A stretch of DNA of 64,000 nucleotides from Hormiphora californensis. Taxonomy: Eukaryota; Animalia; Ctenophora. The notes below the pieces were generated by a model, which saw only the letters and a list, made by a program, of their open reading frames with translations, did not search any database and had not been told where the DNA came from. The number at the start of each line of letters is the position of its first letter. Positions within the stretch are counted from its first letter, which is position 1. The stretch spans positions 3,782,001 to 3,846,000 of the forward strand of contig CM035356.1 of the NCBI GenBank assembly GCA_020137815.1, given 5' to 3'. This document shows, piece by piece, positions 12,439-24,344 of the stretch. Made by a program: the position numbers and the translations under genes.

Positions 12439-13335
12439 ATGTCAGCGTTGCTGTCGGATCCAACACTCGACATATGGAAACTACGTAGACCCCTGTGAGT
12501 AGTTGCACCAGGCCCATCAGGAACCGACCGAATCAGGAAATACTGGTCCCTGATTGGCTGATAACCAGTCACGTGACCTAAATAGCGAGTTCTGATTGGT
12601 TGTTAACTTGTTTCGGTCGGTTCCTGCTGTGAGTAGTTGCTAGGCCCATCACGCTGACAGTATTACTATTTTTTTAGTATAGTCATGGAGTTGGGCTAGC
12701 CGCTAGAGCAGTCTGGCGGTGCCAATCCGATCTGAGCGCCGCCGCCAGATAGGTTTTTGGTGCATTTTAGTAGAACTCGAATCTAAAGCTCAAAAATTTC
12801 CTTACAAATGATACATTTCCAGAGTTAAGCTACCGGAGGATGCGGGACAGGTTGATTTATCAGAGATAGTGGATCCAATTGAAACCCTCAATAACTATGA
12901 AAGGTCCGCTGATTAAAATACGAGAATTAAAGGGGGGTTAGAAAAAAATTTAACATGTAAACATTGCACACACACAAAAGACATCTTGTACCACTTCTGT
13001 GCAGCTATGTGCTAAAATATTGCATATACCACTAGAACCAAGTAATTGATTCCCGTCATAAAATAGTTACCAAACCTATCGGCTAGCAACCAGATATCAC
13101 GTGTTTTTCATCATATTCAACTGTGTCTTACATGCAACCCCACGCATTGTTTTAATCAATTCCCTCTCTGACTGCGGTTCTATAATATCATAAAATGCAG
13201 TATAAGCCACACAAACGTTTCCCCATCAATATTTTCACCCAATTTAGCTCCCTAACCATCTCCCTTTCTCCTTACAGTGTCTCGACGGTAAAAGAAGAGT
13301 ACCTTAGCCTTTGCAGCATACCAAATGGTATTTGA
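12439..13335 (+). CDS. Putative 64-aa small protein, 3 exons, unrecognised
   Basis: Exons 12439-12494, 12823-12903 and 13278-13335 join in phase (2/2) to give MSALLSDPTLDIWKLRRPLVKLPEDAGQVDLSEIVDPIETLNNYESVSTVKEEYLSLCSIPNGI*. An acceptor at 12403 lies upstream of the ATG. Confidence 0.5.
12518..12626. mobile_element. hAT-like MITE (CAGGAACCGAC termini)
   Basis: TIRs caggaaccgacc/ggtcggttcctg. A second copy lies in the opposite orientation at 40305-40409. Confidence 0.85.
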
Positions 13336-13533
13336 ACGCTACTACACTGACACGGCAGAGGCGACACAAAAATTCAACAATTTCCATCGGACTTTGTCCG
13401 AGTGCAAAGGTCTGAAAGTGCGATGTAAGGCACCAGTGTCTTTGGGAATAACGGAAGTAGCAGACACTCTGAGCGATGAGAGAGACTTGAACATTTCTCG
13501 CACTGCCGTTCAATAGTACGATGGAAGCTGTGA

Positions 13534-16180
13534 TCATGATTCCTTAATTGATGAACCGATCAGGACTCGTATACCGATTTGATCCGTTTCAATTTTACTC
13601 ATCGCGTCAAACCTGAGAGAGAATGAATATTTAAGTCACTTTGTTAGATTGGATTGACACTAAAATAGTTTAGCGATCGCTGAACTTTTAACTCAAAATA
13701 GTTCTGGAACTGCTTGATAACTTTTAATCACACCCTCAAACTTACCGTGTTTTCTGTCGCAGTTGAAGTAGTTTTTGAAATGACTTCTGGGCAGCCGGGA
13801 CAGACCGAGTGGGACTGGGAGGTTTACATCCCGCTCTCCGACCAGGTGATCGAGGTGGTGAAATGGAGTCCAGGTTTAGGGGCGGAACACTTGGTGCCGT
13901 CCGGGGTGACCTAGGAAGAAAGTTGTGAAACCGGGGATAATATATGTTTTAGCTTCCATAGCAACGTCGCTTTGGATATCACCACCTCCCTAGCAACGAC
14001 GCTGTAGACCGCATGCGCGCGGGGTGTCGACAAAACTGCGCCATGACCTTCACAAGGGTGGCATCGCGCGCTCCATTCATGTGTCCAATATAGCGGCACT
14101 GCTGCAGCTCCGCGACTGTAATGCATGTAATTCTCATGCACAATATATTGATGTGGTTTAACTCACTTTTTCTTGCCGCCAGTTCGAACTGTTTTGCCGG
14201 TCGATAGTGGGAGGAACGACTCGAGTTCAGCGAGACGTGCAGATGGTGTAAAACACACTCGTTCCACGGGTTTTGGCTCCTGAAAAAACAGTGTGAGTAT
14301 AACAGGGGCGAAGCAAGGCTGGGTCCATTGGGTCCAGGACCCACTTTTTGGACGAGAGAGGAGAAGAAAATGGGAAAACTTGCTAAAAAGTGAAAAATCA
14401 GCAAAAACAAACAAAAAAAAGTGAAAAAATGAGCCGATTTTCAATTGAAAAAACGAATGCGCGCGAGAAAAACTTACGCGGCAGCGCTATTGACCAATAG
14501 GGTCCAGACCCACCTCGCGTGTTACATTTTCTGCAGCGCTGGACCCGAAATTTTTTTCGCGAACGAACGCCGCGCACCGCCCCTGGAGTATAAAGTCGGA
14601 TTTTTTGAAACTGTCACCCCCCTTTTCGTGTGCGGAATGTTTTTGCGCGTCACATCACATGTGCGCGTCAAAATTGATAAATTTCACATGCGCGGTCATT
14701 TTGGGGTGACAGTTTCAAAAAATCCGACTTTAATTGGTAAATGAGTGGTTAATGAGTGGGTGTTTAGGTCAAAATGTGATATTCGTCATAGACAAGCCAA
14801 ATTTTATAGAAATGCAACCAAACAATTGGTTGGTGCATGTATTACATAGTTTACAGAGCCCACTCAGCAGTATTTAGCCAACTCCCCAGTGCTAGGAAAG
14901 TGCTTGTTAAAGGAGCGTCTAATTGAAAGTAAAGTGATCTACATACACACAGAGAGAGTTAGACCAAAATGCTTTCTTTTAGTCTCTCACTCTGGTTTCC
15001 TTATTTGTTGTGGCCGCAAAACTATAATAATTGTTAAAATCACGTCCATCTAAACTAGTTGGTGCAATAATTTTACCGTTCCTTGACCGAGGCAAACAGT
15101 CCTTTTAATTCGAGATCCACTAGATTGATTTAGTTCGTACTACGAGAGATCGTGAATGTTTCAAATGTTCAGTTATTCCAATCCTACCATGGTTTGTTCT
15201 GTGTTATTAGTATAAGGTGTCCTATATTGGATGGGGTTGTGTAGTATCACTCATTTAACAGAGACACAGATATCAAAACAGAACAGAACAGAACGGACAA
15301 ACGAATTGGAAAAGAGACACCATGACGAAAGAGACAGAACATGATGAACAGAGAAAAAGATAGCACATAGATAGTAGAGACAGTAGAGGGAACGATCGTC
15401 GACCAGACGGTAACGTAGTACGGACAGTAGAACACGTTATTTTTTTAGAATCTTAGAACTCGTTTTAAAAAGGAGGGGTGAATGTAGGGATTAAATCGTA
15501 TATCTTAGTTAGCTGATATTGATTACATCGGACACCAGCCTGACAGAGTTAGATAACTAGAGCACCATGATGTGATCAGGTCGGGTCAGATGTAAACATG
15601 TCGGGAGAAAATATAGAGACAGAAGTCTGTTACGAGTTAAGAGTTATAGTTCCAATGATCACATTTGTGTGAACATTTGAGGCGATAGCTCAGAGAGATA
15701 ACTCGCCGAAATGATCACAATAGACCGCTCGTGTTGGTGGAGCTTTAGTCACCAATCAGGTAATCAGTGTGAGACCAGTACGAGACGGGACAGTATATAA
15801 GACCAGGACTGTAGAGCACATCTTACGATCATCTTACGATCATCTTAGAACGACTTAGACTTACAGTTGTATATCTTGAGTGACATTGTAACATTATCAC
15901 TATTAGTTTGACTCCCAAAAGACAACGACTCACAGCGACAGACATCAATATACGAGACAGCCAACAATCCACTCCTAACAACACAACACGAACTAACTGG
16001 GTTATACCGAAACATAAGACAAATAGTAAACACAACAGTTGGCTTTCATTGGTTTATGTTTTCCATGTAGGTAGAATGTACCTTTAACACATTCAAGACG
16101 GTAGTTCTCTAGTTTCTTCTTGTCTTCGGTTGCACTTCTTGCTACTTGTGACTTAACCCTTTGAGGACGATAACGAACGG
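13534..16180 (-). CDS. Unrecognised multi-exon gene, 5' end unresolved; basic protein with a Pro/Ser-rich C-terminal part
   Basis: Exons 16082-16180, 15077-15119, 14167-14279, 13986-14115, 13746-13910 and 13534-13612 are GT-AG and phase-compatible: ...SATEDKKKLENYRLECVK|VDLELKGLFASVKER|SQNPWNECVLHH...|...SPRTAPSVPPLNLDSISPPRSP...|FDAMSKIETDQIGIRVLIGSSIKES*. Confidence 0.65.
14591..14732. mobile_element. MITE with about 30-bp TIRs (TA-flanked AAGTC termini)
   Basis: taaagtcggattttttgaaactgtcacccc ... ggggtgacagtttcaaaaaatccgacttta. Related elements at about 18602-18753 and 54058-54332. Confidence 0.8.
15240..16037 (+). mobile_element. Internally deleted LTR retrotransposon remnant (Ty3/Gypsy-like 4-bp TSD); intact 3' LTR at 15483-16037
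   Basis: GTTG on both sides (15236-15239, 16038-16041). A polypurine tract aaaaaggaggggtgaa sits directly before the TGTAGG...ACAACA LTR. TATATAA near 15795 and AGTAAA near the end. The left end starts TGTAG like the LTR. Confidence 0.7.
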
Positions 16181-18482
16181 CTGGTCAGAATTTCTTGAAA
16201 TTATGTAAATTAGCTCCTATTGATAGCAGCAGCAACAGGACTCTGCAATACAATGAGGCACTCAGCAGCTGACTATGGATGAAGAATCTGGATAATACGA
16301 TCTTAATGCTGTGGTAACTACTTCTTGTGTACGGTATCGGGAATGCTATAGCTGACTGAACTTAGGACAAGTTTGGGGGTAAATGAAGATTCAAAATAGG
16401 TCTGTTCAGTGTTCACCTTGTAACATCCTGAGTTTTCTATGCCTGACCAAACTTCGAACCACGTGAGATCACCACAGGGATCACCCCCTCAACATGGACC
16501 ACAGATTGCCTTGTATCTCCCCACCTTCTAAACATGCTGTTGCTACTGCTGTAGTGAGAATATATTCAGAGTGTTTCATCCCTTTCAGTATCCCTCAAGG
16601 GATTCTGGGATTATGTGATCCCCCTCGACTCCTTCTTTATATGCGGTGCTACCACCGTCGTGTCCAGCCCTTGCTAGCCACTGAAGGCCCACATTAGCAA
16701 TCAATCAATCAATCAAAACTACCACGGTGGGTAGTGGCACTGAGCCGCAATTATCTATATTTAATATCATGAAATCTGAACCACACGGACCAAACTGGGT
16801 GAGGGTTCAGAGTGGCACAACGAGACCAAGCGGTGCTGGTATCACGATGAGCCCTCGTGTGTAGGGTCCCCGACACTGGGGTTTACGCCCATGACAACAG
16901 CTCTTATCAAACCAATGGGGTGGCTTTTTGAAACGAGACTTCTTCTTTCATGAGACAGAACTAAGATACTACTAAGAGTACATTGGATATTGAAGAGCCA
17001 GAGACGCATCGAGGTTATGTTATTATGTAACCGGCCCGCTTGTCCAGCGATGATTTCTTTTCATCTCCTTAGAAGAAAGATTATTGCTCAGTGATACCCT
17101 TAAAAGGGTCCTGGTTGGTTGGCTGGCTCGATTCACGTGAGATGAAATCAGTGTTCGATTGGTTGGATCGCTTCACGTGATATGACATCGGTGATCGATT
17201 GGTCAGACACAATGGCAGGAATTTTCTGAGTGATTTAGGATCCAGTTAGGAACACAAACTAAACGCGTTATTGTTTGGGATGTAGTCTAAGAAAGCAAGT
17301 TATAAGTTAATTCCTGATTGTGAGTAAAAACGGTTCTTGATGACTATTCCCGGGCTGTATTTCATGAGCTTGTGCCCACTGCCCAGTTTAGTAGTTAGAA
17401 AGTGTCGATTATTTTTGGAAGCCCAATTTGATTCCTTGCCGCTTTTTAATCTCAATGTCGAGTGACACCAAGCTTTATATGATGTATTTGAGAGATATTT
17501 CGCCTCAAGATCCAGTTTCCCTTTCTAACTATAAACTAAGTACCCACCCACTCGATAGGGACTGCGATTATAGTGATCTGAGATCTCTCTCAGTCACGTG
17601 ACCTAGCCACGTGACAGGAAATGTATCCCTCCCTCCTCGATGTACTTCTGCCCCTTTATATTGCAGTGGAAGGTATATTGCGGTTCTTCTTAGTGTTATA
17701 CATGTAGTAAATAATATATAACTAGACCCGTTATGAAAAGTATGACTGTATGTGTGTGGTGTATTATAAATACTTGACAACGAGACGTGTATGGTGAAGT
17801 AACGGAGTAAGAAAAACAGTTTTCAGTAGGACTTGAGAAAAACAGTGCTCTTATCTTATCTAAGTCTAAGAATTATAAACGTAGCGTCCACGGGCTTTTC
17901 CATATAACAATATATTCTTGCTTTGTATACATTTCACTGCTGAATTTTCACTGCTTTTACTTGTTGCTATATTCTTACGTAACGTATCTACTCTCCATTC
18001 TGTTTGTGTAATGCGAGACAGTCAAGTGAAAACGCGACACGTGATTCGTCAGAGGCTTCTATATTTGGACAGTCGTTCATCCTACTCAAAGTTAACATAG
18101 AGCAGGGTTATACCTATAAAAGTTGCTTCGGGTAGTAGGCAAAGTACGGCCTCTACTCACCTAGCTAGTTGCCACATCTCTCTGAGTTTTTTTGACATGT
18201 ACATTTTTATCGTTTAGTACCAAGACCGCTATAAAACTCTATAGTAGAATTGTATACATGTTCTGATTACAGCTGTGTTGGTATTCCTCGGCGCCTGACC
18301 TCGAGTCACCAAGTCGCCATGGAAACGTATATCACGCTCCGCATACAGCTCTGAACTCGTCACCTTTTTGCGAGGCTTCCTATATACCCGCTGCATGTAG
18401 TGCGAACTGTACAAAACTAATTTACCCATTTCTTTTCCCATCAGTTTAGTTGTGTATCCTGTATAGTGAGTTGTGTATACAG

Positions 18483-19792
18483 TTGGACTCCTACTGCATG
18501 ATGTATGGTGCTGAGGGAAACACATGTAAGTCAATACCAGCTCAAAATGAATAATATGTAAGTACAGTATGCTCTATTAAGCCCCCGCTGCAGCATACAG
18601 TATAATCCATTTTTTTCAACTGTTCCCCCTTGAATTAGTGCTAGGATTTGTTTTGCGTGCCTATCACATGTTAACGTGTGGTGTGCGCGTCAAAAATTTC
18701 AAATTTCACAACTTCACGAGTTTGGGGGAACAGTTGCAAAAAATGGACTTTATAGTTTCCAAACAAAATCTCCAGCTAGAGCTAAGCAATAGAAACAATC
18801 TTCTTACAGAAATTATATCTTTCTGCAGGGGAAGATGATTGCAGAATTCTAGTAAACCCACGACAGGGTAAGGAGGAGCTCAGGAAGGATAACAGTACAC
18901 TTTTAGAGCATTTAAGTACCTACCGATTTAAAGGTATGATGATGTAGCAATTTACACGAAATAACATTTGTTATTTCTATTTAATCCAGTATATAGTATT
19001 GATTTCCATACAAATTAAAACAACGGAAGTTTTTACGGTCTATACAATTGTTTCATGATGCCCCACGAGGAGGCACCAATCATCAGTAGTATTGACTTCT
19101 AGAATACTGGCATTACATACTAGAATTACAAATACCTACTTTTATAATAATAATTTTTTTTCTGTCCGCAAATTAACCAGTAAATTCTTTTAGGTGATCA
19201 GAAGGACGAGTTTAAAATGGTGCTGGATATCTTAAGAGCAAAATGTAAGTAACTTCCTGACACAATATGGTTCTTCTACGAGTGAAATATCATCTATTCA
19301 TTGCAGTATGTATGTGTGTCTGCTGAAAACTAATCGGTTTTCTAAGCTATACTTCTACCCGTGTATATATTCAGTATGCTTCATCATATTCAGATAGATA
19401 TATCTTTTACCTTCGCAGTATTTCTACTGACAATCTCGCTCTTTATATGAGTGTGCTTCTCCTTGTATCCCCCGGACCAATTATATCCCCCATTTTCAGA
19501 TACAGGCCAACCTTCCCCCCAATTCAATGGACAACACGATAGACATTTTGAAAAAGCTGCGAAACTTGTAATTGAAGTACGTATTACGTCATAAAAACTG
19601 CCCTGCAATATCTGTTAGATACAATAGATACATTTCAATTTTCATGTTTTTTTTATACATTTATCGTTATTTATACATTTATTTTTTCAGAAACGCGACA
19701 AAGCGACAGCAAAGGAGTACATAAAACAACAGATGATGACTCCCCATCCCGCGATTTTCATTGTCGCTTTAAAAGCAGGTCTGGTTCGATAA
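18483..19792 (+). CDS. Unrecognised multi-exon gene, 5' end unresolved
   Basis: Exons 18483-18525, 18829-18933, 19194-19244, 19500-19576 and 19691-19792 are phase-compatible: LDSYCMMYGAEGNT|WEDDCRILVNPRQGKEELRKDNSTLLEHLSTYRFK|GDQKDEFKMVLDILRAK|YTGQPSPQF...KLVIE|KRDKATAKEYIKQQMMTPHPAIFIVALKAGLVR*. Confidence 0.6.
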
Positions 19793-20023
19793 ATTCTTTC
19801 AGATCCCCACTCCTCAGCGTGTATAACACAGGATGGGTTGTTAAAGGGACTCTGTGATTATGCGATTATTGATAAACAATGTTTGTAGGTATTACACCTA
19901 GTGTTCAGTGGTGTTAATGATTTCGTTGTTTTTCCCGTTTTTAATTATTTTTTGTTCGATTTTGTTACTTAATTTTTTTCCTCAAAAATAAGATGTTGTT
20001 CAAATCCAAAACAATCCAAAAAC

Positions 20024-20097
20024 TTGGTAATGAAATTACCCCTCTGCGTTAATATAGCTCATGGAGTATGCAATAAAAGGGCTGACTTCGTAACCAA
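20024..20097. mobile_element. About 70-bp MITE (TTGGT termini, approximately 9-bp TSD)
   Basis: ttggtaatgaa...ttcgtaaccaa with flanks tccaaaaac/tccaaatac. Further copies at 34321-34392 and, reversed, at about 57501-57563. Confidence 0.7.
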
Positions 20098-20129
20098 TCC
20101 AAATACAGTGTACACAATACACCAGCAGG

Positions 20130-21901
20130 CTAATATAAGCAAGCTGACCGGATCAGTCTTCTGTTCCATGGACCGTATGGGATATATAGCGTGCGAGGGA
20201 GATCGGGTGATCGCTGCAGCATCCGAGAGGGGAGAGACTGGAGAGGTTTATTTTACCAACACAAGTTCTTACCTCTGGTCTGTGGTCTGGTAGGGAATTA
20301 ATTCCCGTTCTGTAGCTGTTGTTACCATGGGATGAGTGATTTACAGTAGCCCCACACTTCTCTAATGTTAACACTGTGTTCACCAAGTAGAACCTGTAAT
20401 ATTAAGTGCAATTATTGACCAGATATACTAGCCACATAATAATTTTGTAGGATCATACCTCATGAGTTCTGTCAGATCATAACTTATAATGTAATAGTAT
20501 GAAAGTGCAGCCACAATATGCCATATTGACACTAAACAAACATGTCGTATAAAAGTGGCGTTATAATGGGAATTAATCATGTTATGTACAATAAAGAAAA
20601 TTTACCGGAACGGGGAAGCACCGTTCACGGATATCTTGATACGATGTCCACGGAGGTCAGTCAGGGAGCGGCCCTTCGGAAGCGTTGGAGTCAATCTCAC
20701 TTGCAGGGACATTGGTGTCGTCGCCTCGGGTGATCTGGGAATGAGGGAGAGAGAGTGAGGAGGAGGAGAGGGAGAGGCATGTGGAGAGAAAAGGAGGGGG
20801 AGGGATATAGCTAGAGATATGGGAAGAGATGGAAAGGGAGAGAGCGATAGAGGGATAGAGAGATGTTCAAGGGAAAAAAGAATGTTACCTATCAAGGAAA
20901 GTGTGGCAAGGTACTTTGTCTGTCAGATCAGTTAGAAATATGTCAAACTTCCACTCAGATAAGTCGGGGACACTGTTTATTTGTTCCTGAAACAAATTAA
21001 AACTTATTTTATAGTTCTGTTTTCTGCAGCTTCCATGTATGTATAATGGAAAGGACTGTGGTGGTGTCTCGCACTCGACTAGTTCGGAATCTCACAGTCT
21101 CACCTACTGCTCACCATACCTCACCCCCACACCTCACATTACCTCACATTACCTCACTCCCACACCTCACATTACCTCACTCCCATACCTCACATTACCT
21201 CACTCCCGCACCTCACATTACCTCATTACTTGGCAGGATCCAGATACTCAGTAGATCAGATGAGGGGTCCGGCTGGGAATGTCTTCCTTCACACTGCCAC
21301 GTTACTTCACCTAATGTGTGTTCATGTTCATATTAATGAGGAAGTTTAGTTTTCTCCTTCCGGCAGTACGAAATGAGTAGATGGGGCTTTATTGTAGAAG
21401 AACGTTCATATTATTATACTTTTACACTCGGCATTCCCCATTTTCAATCAAACGGAGTTTTTCCCAAAGCACCGCATATCATTATCAAACCATGCCCTAA
21501 TCTCGCAACAATTATGTCACTCACCTTTAAGAGGTGCTAGTAGGGGTGCTTTACAAGGTGTAACTGGTAGGTAAAACTTCCTAGCATCAATGAGCGATGA
21601 TTCGTCCTCCTCCGAGTGGATCTGCAATATAAAATGGTAATTTGGATGCACGATAATGCTTGTGAACTACTATAATACCTAGCAGTATCTTACCGTGTAT
21701 ACATAGAGTATTGTTTGGATTATGAAATATGGAACATATATGATCTGCCTTTGAGCCCAACTTACAATTTGCAGATTATCATTTTCAGGTAAGGTGATGG
21801 TTCGACTGCGAGACAGTGCATCCTCCCAGCATATCAGGGGGTGTTTAGGTGTCCGGGAGGTGTGGGATAATGCTCCAACAAGATCAGTCATTATCACATG
21901 C
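20130..21901 (-). CDS. Unrecognised multi-exon gene, 5' end unresolved, divergent from WDR92
   Basis: Eight GT-AG, phase-compatible exons: 21766-21901, 21525-21621, 21230-21310, 21075-21103, 20889-20986, 20606-20734, 20273-20393, 20130-20213. The product ends ...RTLYIPYGPWNRRLIRSACLY*. Confidence 0.65.
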
Positions 21902-22433
21902 CTAATGTTAGTCAATATTAGGTTTACAAGGGTTACAAATATATAGTTTTATACAAGGGCTTCCCATAGTGGACCCCCTGCCCCCATAAATGTATTAAAA
22001 CGCTACTCCAGTCTCCATACCGGCCGACGGCCTACAAAGTTATTAAACATGCTGGAGATAGATTGTCACTTGTCAGGGAGTACCGGGACAGTCATTGAAT
22101 CTGTTTAGCAGCCGCTGCTAAAGAATGGAGTTGAGGGATGATATTGATCGGGGTACCCAAAGATTCGGTTAATTCTTCTCTTTGGCTCAGCCCTCCAACT
22201 AGAGGATTCTAACTTGTCTCGATCTAGATTTATTTATTTATTCAATCTAATTTGTATACATTGAATCACAATCAACATACACCCCCTTCTTGCGGGCAAA
22301 ATCGGATATTCAATAAATTCAGACCTCCTGATAGAAATTAAGGCTATTTAGATAAAGATAGCAGTTATAAAATAGTTGATAATTAAAGTATAAAAGTATA
22401 AAAGTTATTAATTAGATTAAGTTGAGTAATTGG

Positions 22434-22893
22434 TATGGCGGCGCATTGACGCAAAATCAAAAAAGTAAAAAACATGAAAAAAATACAAAAACATGTTTTG
22501 ATTTTACTTCAAAAAGTAAAAAACATGAAAAAAATACAAAAACATGTTTCGATTTTGCGTCAATGCGCCACGTAAGCCGGCTCAATGGCGCAAAATCATG
22601 TTTTTGAAAATTTTGATTTTGCGTTAATGCGCCACGTCGCCGGCTCAACGACGCAAAACATGTTTTCAAAAATTTTGATTTTGCGTCAATGCGCCGGCCA
22701 CGTGGCGCATTGACGCAAAATCAAAATTTTCGAAAACATGATTTTGCGTCAATGCGCCGGCTAACGTGGCGCATTGACGCAAAATCAAAATTTTCGAAAA
22801 CATGTTTTTTAAAACACGTCTTTTGAAACACGTTTTTTATTTTTTTTTCATGTTTTTTATTTTTTTTTGATTTTGCGTCAATGCGCCGCCATA
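22434..22893. mobile_element. MITE with internally reiterated TIR motif and 6-bp TSD
   Basis: TIRs tatggcggcgcattgacgcaaaatcaaaaa. AATTGG at 22428-22433 and 22894-22899. The motif gcgcattgacgcaaaatc recurs internally in both orientations. Confidence 0.85.
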
Positions 22894-23156
22894 AATTGGA
22901 TAATAAGGATAAGATAGTAAGTAGTTGATTAAATAATTAAGTGAGAATTAAGTGTAATAAATTAAATAAAAACTGTGGTAAAAAGATGAGCATGAGATGG
23001 CCGATGCAATGAGGGAATGAGAACAATTAATAAAGCTAACAGCCTCGAGATTAACGGTTAATCTCGATCTAGAAAAGGCAGAGAAGGCAAGAAATAAGAA
23101 TTAAGGAATTTTTGGCTTTTGCTAAAAAAATCAGCACGTGGGCAGCACGGGATAAC

Positions 23157-23500
23157 GTTGGCAAACGCTGCTGGACCCCGATACGCTTGGCAAACGCTGC
23201 TGGCGGGATAAGACAGCGCTTTTCAGTTTTCACGCGTTGCAACTCGAAAATTTCATTGAATTCAGTGCACCGCGCGGCTGAGAAAGGGCGATATTTACTG
23301 TTTGTGTCGCGCGTTCCCTATTGCTCCCCGTTTGGCGTCGCACTCCGCAATTTTTAGTCGCGCGGCGTCAGCATTTTCAGCTGAAAACAAAATTTCGCTA
23401 AGTTTTCGAATATCGAAAGTGACTTTTTTGGGAAACGTTTGAAAACTGAAAAGCGCCGGCTTATCCCGCGTTATCGGGGGCCAGCGGCGTTTGCCAAGGG
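23157..23500. mobile_element. Degenerate inverted-repeat element
   Basis: ttggcaaacgctgctgg...gcgggataag...gcgctttttcagttttca is mirrored by tgaaaactgaaaagcgc...cttatcccgc...ccagcggcgtttgccaa. No clear TSD. Confidence 0.55.
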
Positions 23501-24110
23501 AAACGTTAGGCTTCTCCTTGGCTGCTGAAAAGTGATGCCAATCGGTGTTGGGCTTGTTTTAATCTGGGTATTTACTGTTTTGAGTATCAGCAATTTTGCG
23601 GTTAGAGCTAAAGTAGGGTTAGGGTTGCGGCTGGGGTTCGATTTGGATTTAGGGCTTGAGATTTCCTATCAGATAAACTTTGAATTAGCCAAAATGGTTG
23701 AGTGGTTTGGACTTTGGTGGTTAGAGCCCTTTTAGCGCACAGTGGCCTTTTTCGTTCGTTCAAATTTTAAAACAAGATCCAGATAGGATCGAGAGAAAAA
23801 TATCAAGTATAGCCGGTTCCTAGTTTGTTAGTTGAGTTATTCAGTTTTTGTAATTTCTAAGTTATAGTAGGTGATGACAATGTTGATGAGGCGTTAATGA
23901 TATCCAAATAGAGCCACTTCGTCGTTACGGACATAATGGTATCCATGTAGCAAAGCTAGCCAATTTTAATAGATCTCATTCTTTCCAACAGCAGAACTGT
24001 TACTGTACAATCAAATAGACAGTAAATGGCAGACTTAGATTTTTCATTTTTCATGCTGGGTCTCCGCCCCAGGCCCTAAACATACATCGGTAGTTAGAGT
24101 AATGGTAATA

Positions 24111-24240
24111 CAGTCGGACCCCGATTTAGGGACACCCTCGGGGGAAAGGCTCTTGTCCACTAAATCGGGGTCAAATAAGGTTAATTTCCTATATCGGGGG
24201 AAAAAATCCTGTCCCTAAATCGGGGTGCCACTAAATCGGG
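24111..24240. mobile_element. Truncated Tc1/mariner-like MITE (CAGTCGGACCCCGATTTA family)
   Basis: TA followed by cagtcggaccccgatttag. Matches the complete copy at 51474-51646; one end is missing. Confidence 0.75.
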
Positions 24241-24344
24241 GGGAGTAAAATGGTAAAGTTTTATCGCTGTAATGCTGTAATGGTGTGAACTGTGATCCCC
24301 TGCAAAATACCTCTCACTTTAACAATGATTGTTTAGTAGCTAAA

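Noticed and set aside
17666-17671. 6-nt microexon candidate (cag|TGGAAG|gtatat)
   Set aside because: Such patterns arise by chance, and it cannot be linked to a gene without RNA data.
23613-23660. TTAGGG tract as a telomere or fusion site
   Set aside because: Only a few degenerate units next to a repeat element.
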